NCBI GenBank assembly: GCA_964016885.1
Contig: OZ024741.1
Location: forward strand, 132,308,001-132,372,000
Length of the DNA stretch: 64,000 bases
Direction of reading: 5' to 3'
Source of the DNA: Eledone cirrhosa
Lineage: Eukaryota
Below the pieces are notes generated by a model. It searched no databases, was not told the DNA's origin, and was given only the letters and a program-made list of their open reading frames with translations. Below, in pieces: positions 26,500 to 39,984 of this stretch; position 1 is the stretch's first letter; each line of letters opens with the position of its first letter. A program made the translations under genes and the position numbers.

Positions 26500-27545
26500 C
26501 ACATCGACAACCATGGGCCTTTCCAAACAAAATACTGCCTTTGGGACGTGGAACGTCCTCACCCTACATGTTTATAAGAGGACGAAAGAACTTACACCCC
26601 GAACTCGCCAGATATACATGGAATATTTTAGAGATGGTCGAAATCGGATTTGATGAAACAACTACAGACGAAAACCAAAACTTCTGGTAGAGCGGTGATA
26701 ACACCAATCATCAATATGATGGGGTGGGATTCATCGTTTACAAGACGAGAGTGACTTTAGTCATCAGCTGTATAGCAGCATCCAGCAGGTTCATTACCAT
26801 ACGTGTGGTTGCAAGACCATAAGCCATTGCCATCATAATAGTATCTACGCCAACGCTTGAATATATCGAAGAGTTTTTTCAGAACCTAGAGAAGATCATC
26901 AGGACAACTAAAAAAAAAAAAAGACGCCCTCGTCATCTTAGGGAACTGGAATGCCAAAGTAGGCCCAGATGAATATGACCAATGGGCTGGGACAGTGGTG
27001 CGATTTGGGATCGGAGAAACCAACGATCGTGGACCCCGGCTTCCAGAATTTTCGACTGCATACAAATTGACATTAACCAATACACTGTTCACACACAAGA
27101 CCTCGCACAGTACACCAAATGGCAAGACACATAACTAAATTAACTTCATCCTCGCACCTCAAAACTTCAAGTACAGTATCAATAAGGCCAGGATTAGGAT
27201 CTTTCTTGATATTGATATCAATAGTGACCATGGTTTAGTTCTGATGACACAGAAGCTCAAGCTGCAGGAGATACATAAGGAGTTACATGGATTAAGTTTA
27301 ATGTAAAACATTAAAAGGTCCCAAGGCTGCCACAATGTTTGAGGTGAATATGGCCGGCTCGTTTGCAGCCCTAAAATTTCTGGAAGAAGATTTAAACTCT
27401 CTGAGCGACAACATTAATGTAGCTCTTCATGAAACAGTTCTAGAACTGTTAAATAAAAGAAGTAAAAAGAAACCATAGGTCACTTATAAAATCCTGGACC
27501 TATGTGATTTAAGACGAGCCCAGAGAAAGACCAACAACACAACAC
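26500..27545 (+). pseudogene. RTE-clade LINE apurinic endonuclease remnant
   Basis: FGTWNVLTL, GVGFIV, VILGNWNAKVG, RFGIGETNDRG.RL.EF, LTNTLFTHK, INFIL and SDHGLV occur in order, with frameshifts. Confidence 0.88.
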
Positions 27546-28364
27546 GGTAAATAACTTGAGAGTCAGCTATGATAGTTCTTTCCTTGGCTCGTAATCACTG
27601 GAAATATAGATATCGGTCTGGATTCCATAGATTATAATACTCTTCAGCAGATTTGGGGGAAACTTATATTAGAAGAACAAGTTGGGAGGTGACAGCAGAA
27701 ATAATACAGTGTAATTAATATTCTGAAGAATACTATTTTCTACACCCACATCAGTTCATAGTTGTCTACCGTATCTCCAGAAGTAATTAAAGTTATATTA
27801 GCCAGTGATGTATCCTTTTTTTATCTTTACTGTATAGTTAGTTCACATTAGCTTTTTATATGATGCGAGCATTAAATATGTTAACACTAACTTAGCTGTC
27901 GTTTTCTGTTATGGAAAATCGACTCTTACTCTAAACCAAAGGTTCTCAACGGGTAACATGTGCCCCCCACCCTCTTTGGTAAGTTTTATAAGCCATATTT
28001 GTACGTCTCTGAGACAGCCAGTGTGAGTGCATTTGAATGAGCATGCAGACAACATAATTATGGTCTGACCGCAGCTGCGAGCAGGTGTGCACAAGTGTCT
28101 AGACACTAACCAGCAATTGAGATCCAAAAAATAGAAAAACCTACAATCAACTGGGTCAAGGACACTTTGAGCGCAACCAGTTCGAATATTGTCTCTCCTT
28201 CAGCAATAACAATGTATTTCATGTCTGAAATTATTGACTCAATTGCAATGAGTTAACACTATGTAGATCTATTTTATTCTCAATCGTATAAATAATATTA
28301 CAAATAAAAAAAGAAAAGGAAAACAGAAAAGAAAAGAAGAAAAGAAAAACACAGAAGTGGATAT

Positions 28365-29092
28365 CACACACATCTAGGACCACATACAACACATGAGCGG
28401 GTAATACATACATCTGGGACCATATACAACACAGAAGCAAGTAGCACACTCATCTAGGACCACATACAACACACAAGCAGGTAATGCACACATCTAGGAC
28501 CACATACAACACACAAGTAGGTAATATATACAACTGGGACCACATGCAATACATAAGCAGGTAGCACGCACATCTGGGATCACATACAACACACAGGTAT
28601 GTAATACATACATCTGGGACCATATACAACACAGAAGCAAGTAGCACACGCATCTAGGACCACATACAACACACAAGCAGCTAATACATACATCTAGGAC
28701 CACATACAACACACAAGCAGGTAATACATACAGCTGGGACCATATGCAATACATAAGCAGGTAACACACACATCTGGGACCACATACAACACACAGGTAG
28801 ATAATACATACATCTAGGAGTACATACAACACACAAGCAGCTAATACATACATCTAGGACCACATACAACACACAAGCAGGTAATACATACAGCTGGGAC
28901 CATATGCAATACATAAGCAGGTAACACACACATCTGGGACCACATACAACACACAGGTAGATAATACATACATCTAGGAGTACATGCAACACACAAGCAG
29001 GTAATACATACAGCTGGGACTACATGCAATACATAAGCAGGTAGCACACACATCTGGGACCACATGCAACACAGGCAGGTAATACATACATC
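28365..29092 (+). repeat. 40-bp minisatellite (~18 units) inside the hAT element
   Basis: Unit catct(a/g)ggaccacatacaacacacaagcaggtaatacata. Variants recur with a 120-bp (3-unit) period at 28741-28980. Confidence 0.92.
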
Positions 29093-29129
29093 ATACAGAA
29101 CTGTACAAGAAAGCCCTCGATGTGAGGCA

Positions 29130-29789
29130 AGACTGCGCCTACCTCACCGACATCTTCGACAAATGCAATAGCCTCATTATGGCTTTGCAGGGGAAGATTA
29201 CCTTGCTTAAAGCAATGAATGCTGTGAAAACATTCCTGGCCAAATTGAATGTCATCGAAAGGAATCTTTGTTGATGGGAATTCTATAATTTTCCTAGTGT
29301 CGCCAATGTTCAAAACATTGTGAGTGGTGACCAACTCCAAATTTACACCGCTCACCTCCGTGCGCTACAAGACAACATGAGAGAACAGTTTGTCGACCAT
29401 TTGCAGATGGACATCAAATGTGGATAGCAGATCCCTTCATAGCTAACGTCGACTATTTGGACGTTAAATTTCAGAAAGAATTCATTGAACTTCAAACAGA
29501 TGACATGATCAAAATTAGATTTTCCAAAATAGGTGAACCCCTTTTTTGGATGCAAGAGGAAATTCAGCGTCGATTTCCACTCCTACATGCAGAGGCTAAG
29601 AGATTTGCTCTGCCTTTTCCAAGCTCATACTTAGTCGAGAGGAGGTTTGGCGCTGTTTCCAGACTGCACAGTAATGCTCGCAACTGCTACAATGTAATTA
29701 CACCTGGAGATCGCTGGCTACATCTTACGAAAATCCAGCCTGAAGTCAAACATTTAGCTAGACTCCATAAAGTTCAAGGGTCCCATTGA
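29130..29789 (+). pseudogene. hAT (Buster-like) transposase C-terminal remnant
   Basis: AYLTDIFDKCNSL..LQG; WIADPF; EFIELQTD; LPFPSSYLVERRF (hATC dimerisation motif); ends ...KVQGSH*. Confidence 0.9.
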
Positions 29790-30669
29790 AATGAGGTCAA
29801 AGTTAAAGTAAGTTGATTTATCCGAAAACTTGGATATGCTATTGTTACAAAGCAAATTAACAATTTTTTTTATTTGTAGTTGCAGTCTGACTGGACTGGA
29901 AACCATCTACTACAATTCACTTACTCATTTGTTGTATATATTTTACCACTTACTAATAAATATACCATCTTATATGGTCATGAAAACCCTCTTCCCTGGT
30001 ATCTAAGCTCACAAAGCAAGTTAGATATCAACATTTATTCTGTCCGTTTCATTAAAGGGAAAATAGGAAAGCTTTGAAATGATATAATTGCCACTTTCTT
30101 CCAGATAAGAGCTCTCTTTGGATAGACAGGGTTGCTCTTGTATTAATGTACAAAATAGCTGGTATCGCCTGGTGGGAATATAACAAATTCAACTGGTCCT
30201 TATTCATAAAAAAAAGAACATTTATGTTCCTTTTTTTTAAATTTATATATTTCCTTTCAAGAAATGTATTTATACTCTCAGCTGCCTGCAATGGTATCTT
30301 TGGAATATTGTTAATCAATTTTTTAGTAATCTACTGATATTAAAATCAGTAGTATATTGAAAAATGGAAAAATAGGGTGGGAGCGTTTCGTGATTTCGAG
30401 GGGCAAAAGGGGGCGATTGGCCTAAATGGGTTGAGAACCTGTGCTCTAAACAAGTCTACTTTTCAACTAGAACATTTACTGATACTCCCACCGCTACTTT
30501 GGAAAGTATAGTAATATTTATGCTTCGCTGTTGTGGTCATAATAATATTAAAACATATCCAGTATTGTCTCCCATACTTGCCAAAATAAATACAATTCTT
30601 TTCTTCTAAATTTTAGTTCTGTACTTTTCTGCACATCAGCATGTCAGCTTTTCTGTGGTAAGAACATAC

Positions 30670-30741
30670 CGGGGAGATTCTGGAGTAAGGGGCGATATGA
30701 GTGGTTTCCCAAATTTTTCTCACAGCGTCATCTAACCCATT
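30670..30741 (-). CDS. Candidate 72-nt phase 0-0 exon
   Basis: ctctttctcttacAG|NGLDDAVRKIWETTHIAPYSRISP|GTATGT. Strong pyrimidine tract, and this is the only open frame. Confidence 0.5.
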
Positions 30742-31363
30742 CTGTAAGAGAAAGAGTGATATATATATATGTATATATATATATAGAGAGAGAGAGGGGG
30801 GTGGGAGATCATGTCAAAAATTGTGAAAAGGACCGGTACCAGAAACCAACACATTACAATAATGGTATATTAGTATAACGCTTAACAGAAGATGGGGAAA
30901 GATTATTAACGTTTCCGATGCTATTCTTTCAATGAAAAGTAGACACGAAGAGAGAGAAGATAATATTTTAGAAGCAGCGTGGTTTGTATGTCCTAGTACA
31001 CACAAACACCGAAGATCACACTTTAAAACATTTGCTTTCAGATTATTAGATATATACCCAGGGGACTTAACTAACTATTTTATCTCCCTTCCACTGTTTT
31101 ATGTTAGTCTAAGAATTACATTAATTCAAACTAAATTGATAGAATATATGACACGCATGGGATGTGATATAGCCTACTTCACTCCCAGTCTGAAATCAAT
31201 ATTATATTATTCAAAATGTTCGTATGGTAAATTTGAAAAAGATGACGGTCTGATGCTGATGAGCCTAGGGTTGCTAATTAACTTGGAACATGCAATTCAC
31301 AAGGCGAAGGTGCAAGTTGCTATCTAATTGTCATCTAATGTGCTCTAGTAGCACACACACACA

Positions 31364-31397
<34 letters not shown>

Positions 31398-32029
31398 TGT
31401 ATATGTATGTATATATATATGGTGGCTGCCAACTCGTTTTCGAGTACAGCCACTACTTTATATCCATGTAGGAGAACTCCTACCAATGCGCTGAACGAGT
31501 GTGACTTTTTAGTCCAGCCAGCGACTTGAAAAACTCTGGTACAAACACTACACCTGTGACAATTATTGACATAGTGCTGGGCCCATGGTACCATGTGACG
31601 ACAAGTGCAGAGAGATCTCCAGATATAAAGCAATGCCTGTGCCGTGAAGCTTTTATAGTGAGCAAAGGCACTGCACAAAGCCAGTCCCACTCTCTTAACC
31701 AAGATGATATTTACCAAAAAGAAGAACAAGTCAACATCATTGGATACCATCAGAGTTGCAGGTGTTATATCAGAGTTTTCCTTCTCCTAGAATTCTGCCT
31801 TGACAAAGGCTAAGGGGTCATCTCTCCCAGTGATTTTGGATGGCCATTGACTCTTAAGAGCTCCTTTGCCCTTTGACAGGTTTTGTTTTTAGTCCGGCAG
31901 GATGTCCAAAGTCACCCTCCTCACCAAGAAACCTTGGTGGGATTGCCAGTTTAGTCGCCAACGACCTGACCATGAGACAGGTTGTACTGGGATACATGTT
32001 ACCAGTAGCACCAACTGGTGACCTGACAT

Positions 32030-33371
32030 AACTTGGTTCATAATTTTATCAAAATATTAGATCTTAATTAAACTTATTATCTAATTTTATCATAACTATA
32101 TTTCACAACGTGAGACATATTGTATGAGTGAAGTAATTAGGTGCTTTGAGGATGCAACAGAGACTTTCTGGATTTTTCTATCGTTTGTCGATGTTTATTA
32201 TATTCCGTTGTATCTATATCACTGTAAACCCCTCCAAAAAACCCAACAACAACAATAAAAAACAACAACAACAACAAAAAACAACAACAACAACAAAAAG
32301 CAGCAACAACAACAACAACAAAACAGCTTAACAAGCTGGGTTAACTATTTATAAGATAATGTAGACTTTGTAAAGAACAGTTTTGTTTAGCGATGTACTT
32401 TTAGGATCTTCTCTATAGAGCGTTAACCGAGGTGGTATTCTCTATGAATGCAATCAAACAGAGCATATACGATCCCTGTCCCTCACACATACACATTCTC
32501 TCTCACACACATACACACCACTCATATAAACACACACATACACAAACACACACTCTCTCTCACACACATACACACCACTCACATAAACACACACATACAC
32601 AAACACACACTCTCTCTCACACACATACACACCACTCATATAAACACACACATACACAAACACACACTCTCTCTCACACACATACACACCACTCACATAA
32701 ACACACACATACACAAACACACACTCTCTCTCACACACATACACACCACTCATATAAACACACACATACACAAACACACACTCTCTCTCACACACATACA
32801 CACCACTCACATAAACACACACATACACAAACACACACTCTCTCTCACACACATACACACCACACACATACACAAACACACACACACTCTCTCTCTCTCT
32901 CTCTCTCTCTCTCATACACACATACCACTCACATAAATACAGACACACGCACGCGCGCGCACACACACACGCACCCCCACTTCCCACACACACGCTCACA
33001 CACACGCACACACACACAGGGAACTAGACTAACTAGTGATAGCCACAATTAACTTCTAATTAGTTGTTTAGTACTTTCAAGGAATACATTAATCGACTCA
33101 ATGAACTATGATGTACCTTATGAAGATCATACGTATATATATACACACATACATATATACACACATACATATATATATATATGAGTGTGTGCGTGTGTGT
33201 GTGTGTGTGATTGTGCGTGTGATTGTGTGTCTGTGTCTTTATGTATATATGTATATACATACATGCACACACAAATATATATATATATGTATGTATATAT
33301 ATATATATATGTATGTTATGTATATATGTATGTAAGTATGTAGGTGTGTATATATATATATACATATATAT

Positions 33372-33439
<68 letters not shown>

Positions 33440-34071
33440 ATATATGTATGTGTGTATATATATACGTACGATCTTCATAAGGTACATCATAGTTCATTGA
33501 GTCGATTAATGTATTCCTTGAAAGTACTAAACAACTAATTAGAAGTTAATTGTGGCTATCACTAGTTAGTCTAGTTCCCTGTGTGTGTGTGGGGGGGGGG
33601 GGTGCGTGTGTCTGTATTTATGTGAGTGGTATGTGTGTATGAGAGAGAGAGGGGGGGGGGAGAGAGAGTGTGTGTGTTTGTGTATGTGTGTGGTGTGTAT
33701 GTGTGTGGTGTGTATGTGTGTGAGAGAGAGTGTGTGTTTGTGTATGTGTGTGTTTATATGAGTGGTGTGTATGTGTGTGAGAGAGAGTGTGTATGTGTGA
33801 GGGACAGGGATCGTATATGCTCTGTTTGATTGTTGTTGTTTTTTGTTGTTGTTGTTGGGTTTTTTGGAGGGGTTTACAGTGATACAGATACAACGGAATA
33901 TAATAAACATCGACAAACGATAAAAAAATCCAGAAAGTCTCTGTTGCATCCTCAAAGCACCTAATTACTTCACTCATACAATATGTCTCACGTTGTGAAA
34001 TATAGTTATGATAAAATTAGATAATAAGTTTAATTAAGATCTAATATTTTGATAAAATTATGAACCAAGTT
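32030..34071. repeat. ~2-kb inverted duplication (arms ~32030-33180 and ~33410-34071)
   Basis: acttggttcataattttatcaaaa... mirrored by ...ttttgataaaattatgaaccaagt. Unique segments are near-identical, but the right arm lacks ~32290-32450 and most 57-bp units. Confidence 0.9.
32490..32880 (+). repeat. 57-bp CA-rich minisatellite (~6.5 units, alternating variants)
   Basis: ctcatataaa and ctcacataaa alternate every 57 bp from 32521. Confidence 0.85.
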
Positions 34072-35034
34072 AAATCAATCAATTTTAATCACGCGTACAC
34101 AGGCCTAGTCACTATTAATTCTGTTGAAATGCAGCATAGAAAAACAAGATAGAAGAGGTTATATTTGTGAAGTGAGACCAGGTTGTGCTTCTTCCTGGCA
34201 CATAAATTGCTTTTCGAAGAATGCGTCTAATGCCGTGTATATCCTTGAGACTTTACTACAAAGTATGTTTACCGCATTGAGGCGTCATAGTCATTTGGTA
34301 AATCTATCAATTATTCTTGCACATCATCTTCACAATCGATTACTTGGACTTCAAACAAGTTATTATACCAACTGGATCAGGCAACGCAATAATATCCTGA
34401 AATCGCTGTACCATGTCATCATGCAATGACCGCAACTAATCTTGCGATGATGTTACTACTTTTTACATGACGTTTAATAAAGAATCATATAATGCTAAAA
34501 TTGTTTGGGTTTTTGTTTCGTTTTTTTTTTTGTTTGTTTTTTTTTTGTTTTGGGTTGTTTTTCTTTGTTTTTTGTTCGTTTTTGTAAGCGTTAAAAAATT
34601 GGTTACAGTTTGTTACTACTTTTTAAACGGACTTTCTGTGACGCTTATATTTTTTATTGTCCAGAAAAGTGCCTGTTAGGAAATCTGTCATCTCAAATTT
34701 ATTCTTTTGAATATTTACTATACAGGTGGGCGGTGAAAATTGCTTCCATGTGAAAGTGAGTGATGACGCAAAAAGGGCTGACGTTTGAATTGAATAATAA
34801 CTAAATGAATATTTATTATACAAAATCTACTAATTGTTCTTGATCCATATTTACTATCTATCTCAAATTATTATTTTAAAATAACCAAGTTAGGGGATCA
34901 TCGCTGTACTGGTTATGTAATTGGGTGTAATTCTAATTAATTAAACATTTTCATATCTGATTTATTCATACATATCCGAGTAACTATATTTGGATATTTT
35001 CCGAGCCTTTTCTATAATAGGAAACATCACTTAA

Positions 35035-35234
35035 CCCTTTAGCATTTAAACCGGCCATATACGGCCAGAATTCTCTCACCTCTTTCTATTCAAACCGGCC
35101 ACTCATACTAGCGTTAAGGTATTTTTCTCAAAATAAATAACATCAAATTCTCCTCAATTCAATATTATGTGAGATAAAGCCTATACTGCGAAAATACAAT
35201 AGTATATAGAGGGAGTGATGTAAATTCTAAAGGG
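35035..35234. mobile_element. piggyBac-type MITE, 200 bp
   Basis: TTAA-ccctttagcattta ... taaattctaaaggg-TTAA. Confidence 0.88.
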
Positions 35235-35320
35235 TTAAATATCATTGATCATAATTATATATATTCATTTTTTTTTTTTCGCAGCGATATTTATTTGTTT
35301 TATGTTATACTAAAAGCAAT

Positions 35321-35540
35321 TAGGGCGGTGAGTTGGCAATATCGGTCTGGAGACGAAGAACATAATTTGCAGCATATAATTATGGCCCTTTCCGTTCTGA
35401 GTTTAAACTCCGCCGAGGTTATCTTTGCATTCCATTCTTATGAACTTGATAATATAAAGTACCAGTAAGGCATTGGAGTCGATTTAATTGTCCTTCCCCT
35501 CCCCCATAATTGTTGGCCATGTGCCTAAATCAGAAACATT
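35321..35540 (+). mobile_element. Diverged SINE copy
   Basis: Same family body (ctgagtttaaactccgccgagg...aagtaccagt...ttgttggccatgtgcct). Confidence 0.75.
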
Positions 35541-35758
35541 ATACTAAAAGCAATTATAAAAATATATTAAATTAACTAAAATAACCGTCCGCTGGAATAG
35601 TGAAGGCTGCCGTGGGCAGATTTTGTGGAGTGCAAACACGTCGACGAAACGCAATAAAAATTCTAGTCATAATTTACCATGATTTTATCTATATTAGCCA
35701 TAAAAATAGGGCGGATAAGTGAGACACTTTCAAAATAAATACAATAAGTTAATATAAT

Positions 35759-35821
35759 TGTTTCTACTTTTGGCACAAGGCCAGCAATTACTCAATGCAT
35801 TACTGGTACTTTATTTTATCG
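35759..35821 (-). mobile_element. Truncated SINE with 15-bp TSD
   Basis: TSD ataagttaatataat at 35744-35758 and 35822-35836. Confidence 0.8.
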
Positions 35822-35959
35822 ATAAGTTAATATAATGGACAATTGTTTCATTTACAATTATAAAAACTAGGCCCTTAGACGGCGCCTTTTGTATAGATAG
35901 CTATAAAAAATATAAAGAAAAACATGAAATATATAACAAATTACAATGTAGCTTGGATG

Positions 35960-36800
35960 GCAAAAGGTCCCCAGTCTCACTGGATTTGCCGGCGTTTCTT
36001 TCGTCGGTAACCTCTTGCCGCGTCCTCATCAACAAGGTTCTCCAAAACACAATGGAACCCACTGTGATCGAGGAGGACCGTCAGGCCGCCTGCGAGGCTT
36101 GGAACCGGCTTGGACTCATCCCAGTAGACGTCCCTTCTCCTTTTCCAACTCTTGACGTTTAATCGTGGATACCATCAACTGCAACATGATCTCGGACAGA
36201 CTAGCGTGCCAGCTCGACCAACACCACCTCGCATGTTTTCGCTCGGCCTCACAACCCCACAGTGGTGCCTGGCTCAATGCCTTACCCTCCTTTTCAACTG
36301 GCACGCAGCTAATAATGATAGCCTGCGCATCGGAGTTTCCCTGAGGCTCGGCCTCCGGATCTGCGAGCCACACAAATGTCGCTGCCGATCAACCATAGAC
36401 TCTTTCGGCCACCACCCGCTATTCTGTCGCTACAGTGCCGACAGCCTTCCAAGCCATCCTGCTCTCAACGAGGTCATAAAGCATGGCGTGGATGCTGCAG
36501 GCTTCCCCTTCCAGCTCGAGCCGGTGGGGATGGACCGAGGGGACGACAAAAGGCCAGACGGCATGATAATCTTCCCGTTTCGCGGCGGTAAACCCCTCGT
36601 CTGGGATGCCACATGCAGCGACACATTCTTCAGCGGCAACTGGTTTGTAGTCGAGCCCATAGCAGTGGAGACTTCTGGTGCCCTCGGCGCAGAACTCGCT
36701 ACCCGCAGGAGTGAGCCTTGCGAGCTGGAATGATTCTACAGCGCTTTTCCCTGATCATCCTCAGAGGAAACGCCTTCTCTCTTCTGTCCGACGGGGCAGC
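35960..36800 (+). pseudogene. CRE-clade non-LTR retrotransposon C-terminus (zinc knuckle plus restriction-like endonuclease), decayed
   Basis: LRLGL..CEPHKCRC..D..GHH..C; EP.GMDRGDDKRPDG..FPF.GG..LVWDATCSDT; EPIAVETSG; QRFSL.ILRGNA. Confidence 0.85.
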
Positions 36801-37148
36801 GGGGCGGCCGCGTGTGGGTCCACATTTGCTCATAATAATGAGAGATGTGGAGAAAGGGAAAGATAGATGCGATGACTGTGGGAGTTTGGTTCCTTTGTGT
36901 TCAGACCTGATGCACATGTGTGTGTGACTGATTTAATAGTATTTTTTTTTATTTATCGTACATCAAACTATTTCATTAAAAAAAGCCAATATGTATTAAA
37001 ATGTTTACGGAAACCATATAGCTTTTATGTCATAAATCTATGGAAAAGCAAACACATTAATGAATGTGGCGCCCAAAGTAGCCAATCAAAACTAGTCATG
37101 TTTCTCCATTAGAAGTTCTGCCTAGAGGTAGCTCTTTCCACTACTTAC

Positions 37149-37223
37149 AATCTCACAAGTAAGTGTAGGTCTTCCCTTCCTTCCTATCAAACATTCCATC
37201 TTTTTTGGAATTGCAAGCATTTC
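37149..37223 (-). CDS. Candidate 75-nt phase 0-0 exon
   Basis: atatttAG|EMLAIPKKMECLIGRKGRPTLTCEI|GTAAGT. The acceptor is weak. Confidence 0.35.
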
Positions 37224-37625
37224 CTAAATATTTTTACTATGGATTTTTGTGTATTCTGTTTAGTGTTTACATTATACTTTTATACCATATTGTTTATGTT
37301 GCATTTTTCATCCAGTAATGTATACTTTTAAATTTGCATTCTTGTATGTGGGTATAGAGTGGTTGTTTAGTCTTATATGCCATTCTATTTTACGGTTGTA
37401 AATTCCTGAAGTACTTCGACAAACAATTTAGTCACTGAAAGTTTCATAACTATTGGACATATAATTTTATATAATAGTTGCATACCTATTTATAATTGAT
37501 TGAAGTGAAAACCAACAGGTGCGTGTGTTTTTATTGGCAACATGACCCTCCCAAAGTATAACAATATCTGTTTCAACACACGTTTTCAGATAAGAAATCT
37601 CGCAAAACAAATTCAAAAACGAATC

Positions 37626-37711
<86 letters not shown>

Positions 37712-38012
37712 AAAAAGTTCAGTATGTCCGAAGAAAACTGTTCAGTAAGTCCGGAGAAAACTGGTGAGAGTACCAATGTCAGCACTCGATGAAAATTCTA
37801 CGTGTGGGAGGGGGGTGTAAGTATTTTATGCACGTGTGTGTGTATGTGCGTGATCACATATATTTTGCTTTTGTTTTTGTTTATAACGGTTATATTCTTG
37901 TAATGCTCGGGATACGTGCGTCCGTTGGATTCTAGGCCCGTGATTGGTCATTTTATAGGCTTGTCTGTGTCTGGCTGGTTTGTCTTCAGATTTGATGTGA
38001 TTTTTGTTGTGT

Positions 38013-38110
38013 TAACACTGGTCTGAGGATCAGGCAGGCTTGGAGCCTGGTCTGGGATGATGACCCCAGATCACGAGCCGGCTGCCTGGGAAACATTTGT
38101 AACTGGGTTA
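38013..38110 (+). ncRNA. Hammerhead ribozyme, type I, extended stem II
   Basis: taacactggt-CTGAGGA(38023-38029)-tcaggcag...ctgcctgg-GAAAC-attt-GTA-actgggtta. Inner hairpin tggtctggg/cccagatca. Confidence 0.75.
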
Positions 38111-38123
38111 AGCAATAAATCTC

Positions 38124-38536
38124 ATTGGCAGTATCGGTAGAGGGTCGGACGGCATGCTTTGACGCATAGAGTTACGGTCCTTGCCATTCTGAGTTCAAAT
38201 CCCGCCGAGTTTAACTTTGCGTTTCATCCTTACGGGGGTCGATAAAATAAAGTACCAGTAATGCACTGGGATAATTGCTGGTCTTGTGCCAATAGTAGAA
38301 ACAATTATATATATACTTAGGGGCAGTGGATTGGCATTATCGGTAGAGCGTCAGACGCCATGCTTTGCAGCATAGAGTTATGGTCCTTTACGGTCTGAGT
38401 TCAAATCCCGCCGAAGTTAACTTTGCCTTTCATCCTTACAGGGTCGATAAAATAAAGTACCAGTAATACAATGGGTTCGATTTAATCGACTTTCCCCTCC
38501 CCCAAAATTGCTGGCCTTGTGCTTATATAAGAAACC

Positions 38537-38540
<4 letters not shown>
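38124..38540 (+). mobile_element. Two tandem SINE copies (38124-38306 and 38320-38540)
   Basis: tRNA-like head (ttggcagtatcggtagag...gagttcaaatcccgcc) plus the family body. Confidence 0.9.
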
Positions 38541-38590
<50 letters not shown>

Positions 38591-38642
38591 GCAAAAAATA
38601 GATCACTGAGGTTTAAAGTTTAACTATTAATACATTATTTAT

Positions 38643-38714
38643 TTGATTTACATATGTTTCACTCCCCGAAGCATGTTATTTTCAATACCTTTTTAGAGAT
38701 ATCATCAGAATCAA
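38643..38714 (-). ncRNA. Hammerhead ribozyme, type I, palindromic stem III
   Basis: Minus strand: ttgatt-CTGATGA-tatctct...ggggagt-GAAAC-atat-GTA-aatcaa. It lies in a ~190-bp island between two (TA)n tracts. Confidence 0.75.
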
Positions 38715-38779
38715 TTATATACAACATATAAAAGGTATTTATTTACCGACCGTGTGTGGACCATCCTGATTGAAGCATC

Positions 38780-39407
<628 letters not shown>

Positions 39408-39660
39408 TAGATAGATAGATAGATACGGGGTAACAAGTTATCGTTATAGGTAATACAGTTAGAGGTTGTGAGTACTCTGCGTCGTGGATAGTTTTAACGT
39501 ACGGCTTTGTTTAACTCAACAAGATGTTTCCATAGTTAGACAGCGAGTTCGCAATTTCGAGCGATTAGCGACCTCTAGACTCACCTGATCAATGAAACAA
39601 TTGTCAATACCTAAAATAAAGCCCCTTGTTGTACAGCCAACCATGTTACTCTTTATTCTT

Positions 39661-39709
<49 letters not shown>

Positions 39710-39714
<5 letters not shown>

Positions 39715-39842
39715 AACGAGTAGGACCCCGACGGCTGAGCTCAAGCCGTTTCGACGGCTAATTCTGGACTAAAAATCTTTTAGTCCAGAATTAGCCGGCG
39801 AAAGGGCTTGAGCTCAGCCGTCGGGGTCCTACTCGTTCCTAT
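39710..39842. repeat. Near-perfect ~130-bp palindrome abutting (TA)n
   Basis: taggaacgagtaggaccccgacggctgagctcaagcc... mirrored with a few mismatches. The right arm continues as unique sequence to (TA)n at ~39925. Confidence 0.9.
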
Positions 39843-39923
39843 TACCAACTCTACTACTCTAAGTATTGAGTACTTTGGTGCGTTATGGTCCATCTGGTTC
39901 CTTACCACATTTCCTTCCTTCGT

Positions 39924-39983
<60 letters not shown>

Positions 39984-39984
<1 letters not shown>

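Larger units (their letters stand above)
27937..30443 (+). mobile_element. hAT transposon, Buster/Charlie type, internally deleted
   Basis: TIRs caaaggttctcaac / gttgagaacctgtg (1 mismatch). Perfect 8-bp TSD ctctaaac at 27929-27936 and 30444-30451. Confidence 0.93.

Noticed and set aside
28365-29092. Cys-rich ORFs or CRISPR-like periodicity
   Set aside because: A contiguous 40-bp minisatellite, not divisible by three and without spacers.
31490-32030. Possible LINE UTR-derived repeat; similarly decayed LINE-like sequence at 41040-41480 and 22820-23090
   Set aside because: Only a vague resemblance, with no motif series I can support without a database search.
37400-37460. cctgaagt...gaaag motif as a hammerhead
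   Set aside because: The core is mismatched and there are no convincing stems.
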